From Candidatus Onstottus frigus (GTDB taxonomy: Bacteria; Acidobacteriota; Blastocatellia; UBA7656), in the NCBI GenBank assembly GCA_038040445.1, contig JBBPIG010000002.1, positions 257,847 through 321,846 of the forward strand: DNA of 64,000 bases. Direction: 5' to 3'. A program made the translations under genes and the position numbers. Numbering within the stretch: the first letter of the stretch is position 1; each line of letters begins with the position of its first letter. Below the pieces are notes generated by a model that made no database searches, was not told the origin of the DNA, and was given only the letters and a program-made list of their open reading frames with translations. Positions 20,921 to 30,133 of this stretch are shown here, piece after piece.

Positions 20921-21561
20921 ATTGCCCGCATACTGGAATATCCGCACGAACCGGTCTTGCTATCGTGTACTAAGCGTCGAGAAAAGCGTCGGCATTCTCT
21001 GGTCTTAACCGGGAGCCTTCGATCGAACTGAATCGCAGGAAAAAACCGCGCTCGCGCAAGTGCGAGGGTAGCGGGAAGCTGCGGCTGACGATATTCAAGC
21101 AACCTCGTACGCGCACAGTGGTCAGGTTTCAGTAGCGAGCGATCTGGGCCGCGGCTCGCCTTTCATCTTCACAATTGAGAGCCCGCTCGAGCACACATTC
21201 CCACAACCTCCCCTCTAACCTGCTGGAGTTCTTCGCTTCCATCAGAAGATTCCCGAGATTGACACGCGTAACGTTTGGAGTTTCATACTACACGCAACGG
21301 CCACACTTCGGATTGCCGCGGGATTTCCATACTTCAGGAGACGCCTGGCCTTAGGGCCAACATTAAGGCCCGAACAGGCTGGTGGAGGAAGCGAGGCGTC
21401 GCTGCTCAGGCAGTCTCCGCCGCGAATCCTCCGGCCGGTTTGAGTTTAGTTATGCGCGCGCCCATCGTGTGAACTGTTCGCCAGCCGCCCGTCAACGTTC
21501 CGATCCCCAATAGCCGCGTGGCAGGCCAGCACAACCCCACAACGGAATTGCGGGAGCGCAC

Positions 21562-23277
21562 CTAGGTTCGCGCGAATATGTCTCGCTCTTCGCCAAGCTC
21601 GCGCGCGGCCGGTGTGATTATGGTCTTGCCGTTGATGTAGATCTTCTCGTGCGCCGCCATTGCGAGCTTCACATCCTCCTCACAGACGAAATCGTAGACT
21701 CGTCCGTTGCTCGCTCGATTCGTTGACGCCGGCGGCGCAGCTTGCGATGGCGCCTGTTGGTGCGGTCTCTCAAACGAAGTGCCGGCAGGGCTAGGAAGCT
21801 GCGACAGCGGTTGCGCGGGTGGCTGAACACGGCGTTCGGCCAGGAACCGATCTACAAGCGCGGCAATTTCGGCGCGATCGACCGTCGCCGCCGGCCGCGC
21901 TACTGGCCGCGCCGGCGCGGCTGCGTGATTGATCGGCTTCGTCTCGAACGCGATGCGTTTTATGTCTAGGAGATGGCGCGGCGAGATGTTGTCCGAGGTA
22001 ACGTTCCCTCCCCACGATCCGCACCCAAGCGTCATCGACGGCTCGAGGTCGGTTGTGAAGCCAATCGCTCCGTGCGTCGAAGGGCTGTTGACCACAACTC
22101 GCGACGCGGGCATGCGAATACCGTATTCGCGAGCGGCATCGCGGCTCTCGGTGTGGATCGAAGCGGTGTGACCCATGCCTCCGTATCTGAGTATCTGAGC
22201 GCATCGTTCGCAGCCCTGTTCGAAACTATCAACCACGTAGTAAGCAAGTATCGGCGAGAGCTTCTCCATCGACAGCGGATGATCGCGCCCCACGCCGGAA
22301 AGCTCGCAGATCAGCACGCGAGTTCCGTCGGGTATCGTGAGCCCGGCCATCTCAGCAATAACCTTCGGGCTCTTGCCGACAATCTTCGGATTGAGTGTGT
22401 TAGTGGCCGTCGCGACGACCCGCGTCAATGCGTCCTGTTGTTCCTTGCCCAGGAAGTAAGCGCCCTCGGCAAGCAGCCGCTCTCGCACGTGCGAGTCGAC
22501 TGCCCGCTCGACGACGATCGCTTGCTCTGACGAGCAGATGGTCCCGTTGTCGAAACACTTGCCGGTAAGAATATCGCGCACAGCTTTCGAGACATTGGCT
22601 GAGCGCTCGATCATCGCCGGGACGTTGCCCGGCCCGACGCCGAAGGCAGGCTTGCCGGAAGAGTACGCCGCGCGCACCAGGCCTATTCCGCCCGTTGCAA
22701 GTATCACCGCGGTTCGCTTGTGCTTCATCAGCTCCTGTGTGCCTTCGATCGTCGCTACGGTCATGCATCCGATCGCGCCTGCGGGCAAGCCGGCTGCTTC
22801 CCCCGCTTCGCGCATCACCCGCGCTGTCTCGTTGATGCAGTTGGTAGCCGACGGATGCGGGCTCAACACCACTGCGTCGCGAGCCTTGATGGCGATCAGG
22901 ATTTTGAAGATGGCAGTGGAGGTCGGATTGGTCGAAGGAATTATCGCGGCTACCACGCCCCGCGGTGAAGCGACTTCGATTATGCTGTCGGTCTGGCGAA
23001 CGACGCCGACGGTACGCATCGGCTTGATAAAGTTATAAACCTGTTCGGCTGAGAATCGATTCTTGCTGGCCTTATCTGCCGCTGAACCGTAGCCAGTTTC
23101 CAGGTGGGCCATCTCGCCGAGGCGGTAGGCGTCTTCCAGTGCTACGCGGGCCATCGCGCCCACGATCTCGTCAACTTTCTCTTGTGCGAACGCGCCTAGT
23201 GTCTTTTGTGCTTCGTGCGCTCGTTCGACAAGCTCTCGCGCCTGCTCGATGGATTTCAGGTCCTTGTCGCTGCTCAT
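21562..23277 (-). CDS. CoA-acylating aldehyde dehydrogenase (PduP/EutE family) with ~120-aa C-terminal extension
   Basis: Core matches PduP/EutE throughout ([10 protein letters not shown]…; catalytic Cys in [11 protein letters not shown]); C-terminus has amphipathic helix [18 protein letters not shown], Pro/Gln-rich linker, and conserved ~40-aa tail [38 protein letters not shown]. Confidence 0.85.
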   Translation of the reverse strand: MSSDKDLKSIEQARELVERAHEAQKTLGAFAQEKVDEIVGAMARVALEDAYRLGEMAHLETGYGSAADKASKNRFSAEQVYNFIKPMRTVGVVRQTDSIIEVASPRGVVAAIIPSTNPTSTAIFKILIAIKARDAVVLSPHPSATNCINETARVMREAGEAAGLPAGAIGCMTVATIEGTQELMKHKRTAVILATGGIGLVRAAYSSGKPAFGVGPGNVPAMIERSANVSKAVRDILTGKCFDNGTICSSEQAIVVERAVDSHVRERLLAEGAYFLGKEQQDALTRVVATATNTLNPKIVGKSPKVIAEMAGLTIPDGTRVLICELSGVGRDHPLSMEKLSPILAYYVVDSFEQGCERCAQILRYGGMGHTASIHTESRDAAREYGIRMPASRVVVNSPSTHGAIGFTTDLEPSMTLGCGSWGGNVTSDNISPRHLLDIKRIAFETKPINHAAAPARPVARPAATVDRAEIAALVDRFLAERRVQPPAQPLSQLPSPAGTSFERPHQQAPSQAAPPASTNRASNGRVYDFVCEEDVKLAMAAHEKIYINGKTIITPAARELGEERDIFART

Positions 23278-23296
23278 GACAACTGCTCAATCAAAG

Positions 23297-23350
23297 AGTC
23301 CGTAGTCCGTCCGTAAGTGTGCAGCCGGCAAATTGCTACGGACTACGGAT
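23297..23350. repeat. REP-like palindromic element, second copy (AGTCCGTAGTCCGTCCGTAAG … CTACGGACTACGGAT)
   Basis: Same arms as element at 11238-11320; lies between BMC-H and aldDH genes. Confidence 0.55.
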
Positions 23351-23353
23351 TTC

Positions 23354-23749
23354 CTATTTAGCTCGCTCTTTCGAAGGGGTAGGAGAAGACAGCGAGCGCT
23401 TGCCGTCCTCTTGCGCGCCAGCCGTCAACTGGCCGCGGGCTTCTCCGCCGAGTTGCGCACCAGGGTTGACGATCCCACTCGATTCCAACACTTGCTCGAG
23501 CTCCTTATGGGGACGCGGTATTACATGAACGCTGACCAACTCGCCGACGCGACGGGCCGCAGCCGCTCCCGCGTCGGTCGCCGCCTTTACAGCGCCGACG
23601 TCGCCGCGAACCAACACGGTCACGTAGCCGGCCCCGATGTACTCGCGGCCAACAAGTACGACGTTGGCGGCTTTGACCATTGCGTCAGCGGCCTCCACTG
23701 CTCCCACGAATCCTTTGGTCTCGATCATTCCTAGTGCTTCGGTATTCAT
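23354..23749 (-). CDS. Bacterial microcompartment shell protein BMC-H (PduA/CcmK type) with ~45-aa C-terminal tail
   Basis: [30 protein letters not shown]…[39 protein letters not shown]: near-canonical Pfam00936 sequence. Confidence 0.9.
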   Translation of the reverse strand: MNTEALGMIETKGFVGAVEAADAMVKAANVVLVGREYIGAGYVTVLVRGDVGAVKAATDAGAAAARRVGELVSVHVIPRPHKELEQVLESSGIVNPGAQLGGEARGQLTAGAQEDGKRSLSSPTPSKERAK

Positions 23750-23848
23750 AGATAAGAATCCTCCGAGAATTGCGGCTTTAAATGAGCTTGGGCGCGAGCT
23801 TTGGCGAGAGTGCTCACGGAGAGACTGAAACTAACAAAACGTGCACAG

Positions 23849-23960
23849 TGCGTCAAGCACACCCGAAGTAGCTCGGACTCTAGTCTGTGTTGTCCTTGCT
23901 GCGCAGAGCGTCAAGCACACCCGAAGTAGCACGGACTTTAGTCTGTGTTGTCTTTGCTAG
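23849..23960. repeat. Two tandem direct repeats of ~58 bp upstream of the BMC operon
   Basis: GCGTCAAGCACACCCGAAGTAGC(T/A)CGGACT(C/T)TAGTCTGTGTTGTC(C/T)TTGCT repeated at 23849 and 23907. Confidence 0.6.
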
Positions 23961-24117
23961 TCCCGTCAATAGCATCGCCAACAGACTGAATTCTAGGCTA
24001 CTTCTAGATAACCATCACAGCGCGATTGCTTGACAGCCTTAACTCCTTGTCTTAAGATGACGATCTACAAATCCCCTTCAAGTTGATGGCAGGAGCTAGA
24101 GAGGTCGCTCGGCTAAT

Positions 24118-25056
24118 ATGCCGACACTGGGCGAAGAACTGAGACACAAGCGGGAACAGCGCGGTATCACGCTTGCTGAAATAGCGGAAGCGACCCGGAT
24201 CGGCACGCGCTTTCTGAAAGCCATCGAGACGGACAATTTCTCCATCCTTCCAGGCGGAATCTTCACCCGCTCCTTCATCCGAGCATATGCCAAACACGTC
24301 GGCATGAACGAAGACGAAGCGATAGGATTGTATCTCGAACAGGTCGCGGGCCCGACCATTGAGCAACAACAACCAGCAGATCAACCCAACATTCAGACCC
24401 CGCCGGCGGAGAAGATAACCAAGCTGGCGCCCACTTCATCCGGTATCGCCAGACCGGCAGCGCCCGTTGCCGCGAGTTCACGCCGCTTCGAGCCGGTCAC
24501 CTTTCGTCAGTCGCCTGCCCGCACAAGCTGGCCGACGATCGTGATCGGCGCGGGAATTGTGATTTTCATCGTGATCATTGTGATCGCTCTGGTTAAGCAG
24601 CTCAATCAAGGGGGAGGTGAAACCGAATCGCAAGCCACTTCTTCTGAGCAAAAGAATGCGCCTTCGAAGCAAGCTCCTCAAACGGGGAAACAGCCGGCGG
24701 CTCAACCCGGCTCGCGCTCGTCCGGTGAGCCTGCTTCCCCGCCGCCCGCGGAAACGTCTTCGCCTCCGGCATCGGCGCCGGCTGGCGAGCCGCTCCTCGT
24801 CAAGATCGAAGCAGCTACCGGCGATAGTTGGGTCAAATACCAGGTCGATGACGCCAAGCCGACTACTCTGGTATTGAAACGGGGCCAGTCCCAAGACCTT
24901 CCTCCGGCCCAAAGCCAGGTCACGCTGAACTACGGCGACCGGACTACGCTCAAGCTAAAGATCAACAACCGCGATGCCAACTTCCCTGCCGACACCCCAA
25001 AATTCGCTTCGCAGGTGGTCATCTCCAGGAACAATTTCCGAACGTTCTTTCAATAG
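24118..25056 (+). CDS. RodZ-like membrane protein (HTH_XRE N-domain, single TM, DUF4115-like C-domain)
   Basis: LRHKREQRGITLAEIAEATRIGTRFLKAIE HTH; TM WPTIVIGAGIVIFIVIIVIALV; Pro/Ala-rich linker; C-terminal beta domain. Confidence 0.65.
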   Translation: MPTLGEELRHKREQRGITLAEIAEATRIGTRFLKAIETDNFSILPGGIFTRSFIRAYAKHVGMNEDEAIGLYLEQVAGPTIEQQQPADQPNIQTPPAEKITKLAPTSSGIARPAAPVAASSRRFEPVTFRQSPARTSWPTIVIGAGIVIFIVIIVIALVKQLNQGGGETESQATSSEQKNAPSKQAPQTGKQPAAQPGSRSSGEPASPPPAETSSPPASAPAGEPLLVKIEAATGDSWVKYQVDDAKPTTLVLKRGQSQDLPPAQSQVTLNYGDRTTLKLKINNRDANFPADTPKFASQVVISRNNFRTFFQ

Positions 25057-25142
25057 AACGCGCCGCGAGATCCTACCGTCCCGAAGAATCTTCAGTGTCT
25101 CAAAACACCCGCCTCTATTATGGACGAAAGTGGAGATTCTTT

Positions 25143-26600
25143 TCAGTGTCGGAGTTTTTCTACCCAGCTCTTAACTAACTGAGGGATCGAATCAGCGGCG
25201 GCAGAATCAAAAGCGCGACCGCCCTCAGCGAAATGTGGCGCGTAAATACCATATATGTTTGACCAATCTCTCAGGCTATCAGCCGATCCACCCTCCACCA
25301 AGAGAAGGACAGGTTTGCTTTGCCCGTGGAAGAATCCAGCTTCATATGGAAGATTCTTACCCAGCACGTCGGACCCACTTAGACCTACGACAAGAACGAT
25401 AGCAGCGTCGGCGATCCACATTTTCGCTGAGACTTCATTAAAAATCAGGACCGGGGCCTCTGGCTCTCGTTCGGGGGACGCCTCCAGCGCCATGCATCCG
25501 TTAGCAACCAGGTTGTCGCGAACGCTGCGCGCAATTTGCTCGGCACGAGAGTCGCTAGTAAACCGACGGGAGACAAAGATTGGGATCTGGCCGTCCGGTA
25601 CGCGTTTCTGTTCATGCCGCACCTGGTAGAGAATGTTCTTCGGAACATGGGCAACGACTGCATCGGGAGTACGAGGGTAAACCGAATCAACGCCAGCTAT
25701 TCCATCGTTCATGTTCACTTTTATCAAATACTCTGGCGGAAGGTCGAGAAGGTCAGTTTCTACTCCTTCAAAAATACCATCACTGTTGCTCCCACCCTTC
25801 GGCTCACAGACGGCAACTAGGACAGCGTTACCCGCTGATGCTCCGCCGCGCCTTAAGAGCGTGGATAGTATGTTGAGATTACGGTCAACCAGAATTTGAG
25901 TTAGCACCTTCAAAGCTCCAGGCCGGTCGGAATGCTCGATAGATACGGTTTTCGCTCCCTTATAAGGAAATACGAAGCGGAGAAGGCGCTCATCCGTATC
26001 GGCTGAAACGACAGCTTTGGTCAAATCAATATTGTTGCTTAGACTCCCATAACGTCGGGCAATCTCTCTCTTCCAGCGGGTGCGCATCAGCCACCCGTGT
26101 TCAACCTCGCCTTTATCGGTCCACCTGACATGTCGCTGTGGAAAGTGCTCGATACGAACCCTTTCAAAACCCCGATCTGTGAGTGTCCGCCTTAAGGATT
26201 GCGATCGGACCGGGAAAGCTCTTCTGCCCTGCATAGGCTCACATATCAAGGTAATATCATGGAGCGCTCCTCCTTCCATTGTTATTGACTCGGCAAGCGC
26301 GATATTGAGATTGCTAACTACATCGACGGCACCAGCGACGACGCCGGGCTGATCCCGGCGACGACACTCAACGCGTATCATCCGATGACGCTGGAAAGGG
26401 TCGAGCACTGACACGATGAGATCACCAACCGGGCGTTCCCTTCCTTCAATTAACGATATGTAACATCGCGTATAGGATTGGAAGCCCAGAGGCGCGCGAT
26501 GCCACCAAGGCAGAGGTAAGTCAGTTCGATCCCGTGGCAGGCTTATTAGATCACCCAGAACTTGCATCTTGAACCTGTAAGTTAAGGGGCCAGCCAACAA
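25143..26600 (-). CDS. Tandem ACT domains fused to a C-terminal TIR-like (DUF1863/flavodoxin-fold) domain
   Basis: ACT1 RMIRVECRRRDQPGVVAGAVDVVSNLNIAL…; ACT2 TVSIEHSDRPGALKVLTQILVDRNLNILS…; C-terminus IPIFVSRRFTSDS… AKMWIADAAIVLVVGLSGSDV…YEAGFFHGQSKPVLLLV resembles a TIR-like betaA / alphaC-W…E…KPV pattern; ~50% GC; TTG start at 26600 or ATG at 26567. Confidence 0.5.
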   Translation of the reverse strand: MLAGPLTYRFKMQVLGDLISLPRDRTDLPLPWWHRAPLGFQSYTRCYISLIEGRERPVGDLIVSVLDPFQRHRMIRVECRRRDQPGVVAGAVDVVSNLNIALAESITMEGGALHDITLICEPMQGRRAFPVRSQSLRRTLTDRGFERVRIEHFPQRHVRWTDKGEVEHGWLMRTRWKREIARRYGSLSNNIDLTKAVVSADTDERLLRFVFPYKGAKTVSIEHSDRPGALKVLTQILVDRNLNILSTLLRRGGASAGNAVLVAVCEPKGGSNSDGIFEGVETDLLDLPPEYLIKVNMNDGIAGVDSVYPRTPDAVVAHVPKNILYQVRHEQKRVPDGQIPIFVSRRFTSDSRAEQIARSVRDNLVANGCMALEASPEREPEAPVLIFNEVSAKMWIADAAIVLVVGLSGSDVLGKNLPYEAGFFHGQSKPVLLLVEGGSADSLRDWSNIYGIYAPHFAEGGRAFDSAAADSIPQLVKSWVEKLRH

Positions 26601-27009
26601 ATTGTTGCTATTAGATCTGACTTCTGAACTATGGTGGCTCCTTCGAAGGCACTCGATACTACTATTTTGTCAAAAGGATGTCCACTACATAAGCACATTG
26701 AACTGAGGCTCCCGTTATACCAAGAGCAAGCATAGACTTCAGCCTATCCGAGATACTCCAGCCATCGACGTATTAAACTGACGTATTCAACCAATGTTAT
26801 TACTTAATCGGATTGCGAAGCCGCGTTAGCAGCGCCTACCAATCATGATCGGGGTTTGCGACATGACAACTACGTCACAAGTGGCAAGGAATGCGGTAGC
26901 GAGAGAGCCTGGAGGCTTAACACCGAAGGACGAAAACTTCATCAGTTAGCCCTCTCCGCAAGTTGTGGTCGTTGCGAGTCGCAGGAGAATGATTGCACCG
27001 TTTTTGATT

Positions 27010-28401
27010 TTACCGAACCTTTTCAAGTCGCCTTAGCGGCTTGCTCGCTACCGCACCTCGATCGCATACACCAGGAACTGCAAATCGCTGGCATAACTCA
27101 GCTACATCGGCAGCAACCATTTTGTGAATGGAAGGTCGATCGAGACTATTGCACACTCGGTCAATCAATCCCGCAATAACGGCCATTTCCGGCTCTTTCA
27201 TGCCCATCGACGTTACTGCCGGTGTGCCTATTCGAACACCACTAGTAACTGATGGCTTACGGGGATCGCCTGGCACCATATTGAAATTGGTGATGATCCC
27301 TGCCTGAGCGAGGGCTACCGCGAGATCTTTGCCTGAAAAGGGCCGATCCCGGAAATCCATGATCAGCATATGATTGTCTGTTCCACCACTCACTAACTGA
27401 TAGCCGAGGTTGATTAACTCAACACCTAGTGCGTTCGCATTGCGAACGACCTGCTCGCCATAGTCCCGAAACTCCCTAGTCGTAGCTTCCTCAAGGGCCA
27501 CGGCAAGAGCCGCAATAGTATTCATATGTGGGCCACCCTGAAGATGCGGAAAGACGGCCCTATCGATTCGCTTTGCGAGATTGAATTTTGAATCCGCGTG
27601 GTATTGCTCCTGATAACGATCCTCAAGGCGGCTTAGTATGAATCCGCCACGAGGACCTCGCATAGTCTTGTGAGCCGTGCTTGTAACCACATCACAAACA
27701 GGCACTGGATTTGGATGGGCACCAGCGACTATTAGCCCGCTTACGTGTGCGATATCAGCAACCAAATATGCGCTTACCTCACGCGCGATCTCGGCGGCGC
27801 GCTCATAGTCGAAGACGCGAGGATAAGCAGTGCCGCCAACCCAGATTAGCTTCGGCCGCTCACGGAGCGCCGTATCGCGCAGCACGTCGTAGTCAATCAT
27901 CCCGGTACGGTGATCAACTCCGTATGGGATACGCTGGTAGTCCGTTCCGGAGAAATTGACACCCCACCCGTGCGTTAGATGGCCGCCTTCCGGGACCGAC
28001 ATCCCCATCACCTTGTCTTCCCGCTTGAGAAGCGCGCGATATACTGCTTGATTCGCAGGCGAGCCGGAATAAGGCTGCACATTTGCGTGCTCCGCACCGA
28101 AAAGGTCCTTAAGCCGAGTCTTAGCGAGTTCTTCCAACTCGTCTACAATGTCGTTCCCTTCGTAGTAGCGCGCTCCCGGATAACCCTCAGAGTATTTATT
28201 GGTAAAGATTGATCCGGTCGCCTCAAGAACTGCTAGGGAAGCAAAGTTTTCGGAGGCAATTAGCTTGAGAGTTGTTAGCTCCTGTCTTTCCTGTCTCATC
28301 AACAATTCATAGACTGCAGGATCGACCTGTTTCAGGTGAGCCAGTGGACGACCGTTCGCCATGCCTACTATTCTCTTCGTTTTTGTCGCGGTGTCAATCA
28401 T
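27010..28401 (-). CDS. glyA: Serine hydroxymethyltransferase (island-borne copy) with short N- and C-terminal extensions
   Basis: Full SHMT homology including PLP-lysine region VVTSTAHKTMRGPRGG; AGGAGG 7 nt upstream of ATG 28401; ~52% GC. Confidence 0.9.
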   Translation of the reverse strand: MIDTATKTKRIVGMANGRPLAHLKQVDPAVYELLMRQERQELTTLKLIASENFASLAVLEATGSIFTNKYSEGYPGARYYEGNDIVDELEELAKTRLKDLFGAEHANVQPYSGSPANQAVYRALLKREDKVMGMSVPEGGHLTHGWGVNFSGTDYQRIPYGVDHRTGMIDYDVLRDTALRERPKLIWVGGTAYPRVFDYERAAEIAREVSAYLVADIAHVSGLIVAGAHPNPVPVCDVVTSTAHKTMRGPRGGFILSRLEDRYQEQYHADSKFNLAKRIDRAVFPHLQGGPHMNTIAALAVALEEATTREFRDYGEQVVRNANALGVELINLGYQLVSGGTDNHMLIMDFRDRPFSGKDLAVALAQAGIITNFNMVPGDPRKPSVTSGVRIGTPAVTSMGMKEPEMAVIAGLIDRVCNSLDRPSIHKMVAADVAELCQRFAVPGVCDRGAVASKPLRRLEKVR

Positions 28402-28818
28402 AAAACAGCCTCCTAGCTAGGATACCCTGCTGCCGCCAAATAATCCTCTAGAGACATTTAGCCGTCAACTCCGCAGCGGAAAAACCACAACGGGAACTCT
28501 GTCACACGCTGCATTGCGGTTTCCGTCATCTCTTTGGATGTCGCAGACTAGCACTTGCAAAGACTGCTGACAAGGGCCAACTTTTGGGGGCTTCAAGGCA
28601 ATGCACTGTTCTGAGACCCGCTGCTTACGCGAAGTGTTCCACGACCACCGCGGTTCAGACACGAGTCCACAGCGCGGCTGTTACATCTCTAATATCAAGC
28701 GATCCCAACCAATCCTCGTGCGCACCACTCCCTTGCCGTCTCGAAAACACTCAGCACGCTGAATTCCAGCCTACACCGTTTCGAGGCGCGCTCGCCGTGA
28801 TCGCTGTCACCCATAAAT

Positions 28819-29103
28819 GTGATCGCTGACACGTTTTCTCGCGAGCAAATGCCCTTCGCACTTTTCTTGAGTTCCAAGGGGTTGGATTCAAAGCAAACTT
28901 CTGGCATGGTTAAAAAGAGAGCGCGCGCTGGACTAGACACCGTCACCATTGCTTTTGCAAACCCTCAAGCAGTGTTGGAGCAAACATTGATCGTCCGCAA
29001 TCACCCGGAAACTCTTCGCGCCGGTCTTTTGTTTACGGGATACGGTCAGTGTGACGCCGAGCGTGTCCGCGAATTGTTGGAGGATCCTGTGACACTTAAC
29101 TGA
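28819..29103 (+). CDS. Possible small ORF immediately upstream of the NDT-like gene
   Basis: 94-codon ORF ending 23 nt before the next start; no homology recognised. Confidence 0.2.
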   Translation: MIADTFSREQMPFALFLSSKGLDSKQTSGMVKKRARAGLDTVTIAFANPQAVLEQTLIVRNHPETLRAGLLFTGYGQCDAERVRELLEDPVTLN

Positions 29104-29126
29104 CTTTGATGACAAGGAGCACTAGA

Positions 29127-30068
29127 ATGGACTCAAGCAAAACTACGCCAGGACACACTACCAACGGCGAGGAGTGCTTTGTGGTTATGCCGGTACGTGA
29201 TCCTGACGGCTACGCACCGGGACATTTTAAGCATGTGTTCGATGATATATTCGCACCCGCTTGTGACAAGGCTGGGTTTCGACCGATTCGCGCAGACCAG
29301 GTTCGAGCGACAAATCTCATACACCTGGACATTTTGCAAAAGCTAATCGAATCACCAATGGCGTTATGTGACTTAAGCAGTCGGAATCCAAACGTACTCT
29401 TCGAGTTGGGGCTCCGACAGGCTTTTGACCAACCAGTAGTCCTGGTTCGGGAAATTGGCACAGATGACATTTTTGATATCGGTCCGCTTCGATATACCGA
29501 GTATCACAAAGAGCGTATTTACCATGAGGTACTTGAAGATCGGGAGAAGATCGCAATTGCGATAGGCGCCACGCGCGAAGCATTCGAGAGTGGGCAAGGA
29601 GTCAACTCAATCATCAGATTACTGTCGCTCAGTCAACCCGCGAGCTTGGCCGATTTGCAAGAAGCTGACAGGGATCCCCTTCTCCAAATAATACGCGCTG
29701 AAATGAGTGAATTGAGATCTGAGTTTAAGGCTGCCTTGAGAATATCTGATGCTTCGCAGCTTGCGTGGGTCGCACGCTCGCTTCGAATCAACGAGGCAGT
29801 TGAGGAGATTGCTCGTCGCCAATTGGATAAACTTCAACAGGACTTATCAATTTCAGCGTCACTCGATTCTGAACCCGGGCCTTGGGCAGAGAGGAGAAGG
29901 AAGAAATGGGAATTGATTAAAGACGGGATAGGACTTTTAACGACCATGAGGCGAGCCGTAGGAGAAGAGTCAGACCTACTTTCGTCAATCAGCGCTTTAG
30001 CGAAGCGTTACAACGATGCCGAAACAGAGTACCTTGATGAAGAGATTGAAAACATAAACCCGAGTTGA
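29127..30068 (+). CDS. Nucleoside-2-deoxyribosyltransferase-like / TIR-like (flavodoxin-fold, SLOG-type) N-domain fused to a ~190-aa coiled-coil region
   Basis: AAGGAG 8 nt upstream of ATG 29127; ECFVVMPV…ALCDLSSRNPNVLFELGLRQAFDQPVVLV ('MP' + 'NPNVxFELG…PV' motif); rest is heptad-rich helical; ~49% GC. Confidence 0.5.
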   Translation: MDSSKTTPGHTTNGEECFVVMPVRDPDGYAPGHFKHVFDDIFAPACDKAGFRPIRADQVRATNLIHLDILQKLIESPMALCDLSSRNPNVLFELGLRQAFDQPVVLVREIGTDDIFDIGPLRYTEYHKERIYHEVLEDREKIAIAIGATREAFESGQGVNSIIRLLSLSQPASLADLQEADRDPLLQIIRAEMSELRSEFKAALRISDASQLAWVARSLRINEAVEEIARRQLDKLQQDLSISASLDSEPGPWAERRRKKWELIKDGIGLLTTMRRAVGEESDLLSSISALAKRYNDAETEYLDEEIENINPS

Positions 30069-30133
30069 GCCACTGAGCAATCTTACCTCACCAGGTTGCA
30101 TTCGGTTATACTGCAGGGCCTACGATTTGGCTA

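Noticed and set aside
21562-23277. Numerous nested/antisense ORFs inside the aldehyde dehydrogenase gene (and similarly inside pstC, pstA, TonB receptor, helicase, S8 genes)
   Set aside because: Typical high-GC artefacts: Arg/Ala/Pro-rich, no motifs, fully contained within well-supported genes on either strand.
26856-27179. 107-aa plus-strand ORF overlapping the 3' end of glyA
   Set aside because: Overlaps a confidently identified gene on the opposite strand, no RBS or motif; spurious.
28402-29100. Possible ZTP/THF/glycine riboswitch in the 700-bp glyA leader
   Set aside because: Reading the minus strand, I could not find the conserved ZTP (UGACUGG…CCGCCUGGGCA-like) or other recognisable riboswitch cores. 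Left as a check under the SHMT finding, not called as a feature.
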